A stretch of DNA of 64,000 nucleotides. Origin: Paragordius varius (Eukaryota; Animalia; Nematomorpha). The notes beneath the pieces are model-generated. The model was not told where the DNA came from. It did not search any database and was given only the letters and a program-made list of their open reading frames with translations. Position 1 is the stretch's first letter. Each line of letters starts with the position of its first letter. Below are positions 62,994 to 64,000 of the stretch, piece after piece. The stretch is taken from NCBI GenBank assembly GCA_964247055.1, contig OZ176055.1:3906001-3970000 (forward strand). The letters run 5' to 3'. Position numbers and translations under genes: made by a program.

Positions 62994-63019
<26 letters not shown>
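62994..63019. repeat. (TA)13 microsatellite
   Basis: Direct reading. Confidence 0.95.
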
Positions 63020-63026
<7 letters not shown>

Positions 63027-64000
63027 AAAATTTGTCGTGGAAAACGCAAATTAGTGCCTTCCTGAAAATGTAGTTTTCCTAAAATCGCAAAGCCGAGGTT
63101 GCGCGATAAGTATTAAGTGCAAATAAATAAAAAAATGCACCAAATTTGGATTGTAAAAAATGCAATATGTTAAATGACAAAGAAATCAAAATTTATCAAA
63201 TTATATAAAAGTGTTTTTTATAGTATCTTAAAGCGTATCATACCGTTTACGCCATGCTTGAAATTACCAAGAAATACGGTTAAACAAAATATTTTCGATT
63301 TATCTAAATTTTAAAATTTATATTTGTAATTGTTTAGCTTCATATTATAGTTCATGATATAATAAATGATATTTTTTGGATAGAACTATTTAATTTTAGC
63401 AAAATACTTTATTGATATAATAAGCGAATTTTGCTACTTTTTGATATGGAGCAATTAACAAAAGTGGAAATGGCGTTTCTCATTGAAGGCTTTATACTGA
63501 AAGCATCATACTAATTCTGATACATTTTCTTCCATAAATATAATTCACATGAGTCTAATTTTATACACTCCGATTTTGTCCGCATAATATTATTTTTTTG
63601 TAATAAAATTAAAATTATACGGATAAAACATAAAAATTAAACGAAAAATATTTTTTTAAAATGACAATTATTCCTCTATAGAACTTGATATTGCTTACGT
63701 AACCTATATAATTAATATTTTAAAATATATAATATGATTGTTTTAAGACGCACTATATTCCTGCAACACAAATCGCAAAGTTATATGGTTTAGAAAAGGT
63801 AACACAAATGCTTTCATGAGTCGCATTTTTAAGAAAAAAGCGGCGTGCCGCATTCGATATATATAAATATATGGGGATTCGTAATTATTTTATTTCTTCA
63901 TATTCGTTGCCTATTGGATAAACTTATTCAGAATATTTGTTTAAAGAATATTAAGATTTTTTAAGTATAATTTTACGAATTTCGCGGGTCGAATATGATG

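Noticed and set aside
63386-63535. Two 22-nt GT..AG segments on the minus strand (63490-63511, 63386-63407) after an ATG
   Set aside because: The intervening 82-nt exon ends in an in-frame TAA and the alternative frames also stop; it may be UTR or chance.

Overview
Very AT-rich, intron-containing eukaryotic DNA in the standard genetic code (TAA/TGA stops, no in-frame TAA/TAG in the reconstructed exons). The proteins are metazoan-like and fast-evolving. I reconstructed three housekeeping genes exon by exon with consistent phases: RCC1 (+, 3-5369), ERCC2/XPD (-, 7008-16265, 17 exons, 764 aa) and UBE4A (-, 41954-58161, 24 exons, 1397 aa). Between XPD and UBE4A lie an ~18.7-kb array of a 62-bp satellite and a 3.4-kb palindrome. 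The palindrome holds an intact PIF/Harbinger (HARBI1-like) transposase and an inverted, 3'-truncated copy of it. Introns carry three decayed RTE-type LINEs, a tRNA-derived SINE with an 18-bp TSD and several TA-flanked CAGT...ACTG MITEs. There are two standout signals. (1) A positional intron-size rule: every intron within ~430 nt of a start codon is tiny (22-25 nt in XPD and UBE4A, 23-33 nt in the transposase, 48 nt in RCC1), whereas all downstream introns are 62-2975 nt, several visibly expanded by TE insertions. (2) The Harbinger inverted duplication is built like maize Mu killer and could make a 1.45-kb hairpin RNA. A parasite lineage with micro-introns and a secondarily TE-expanded genome (e.g. 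a myxozoan) would fit, but that is inference and was not checked against any database. All alignments to human proteins were done by eye from memory.
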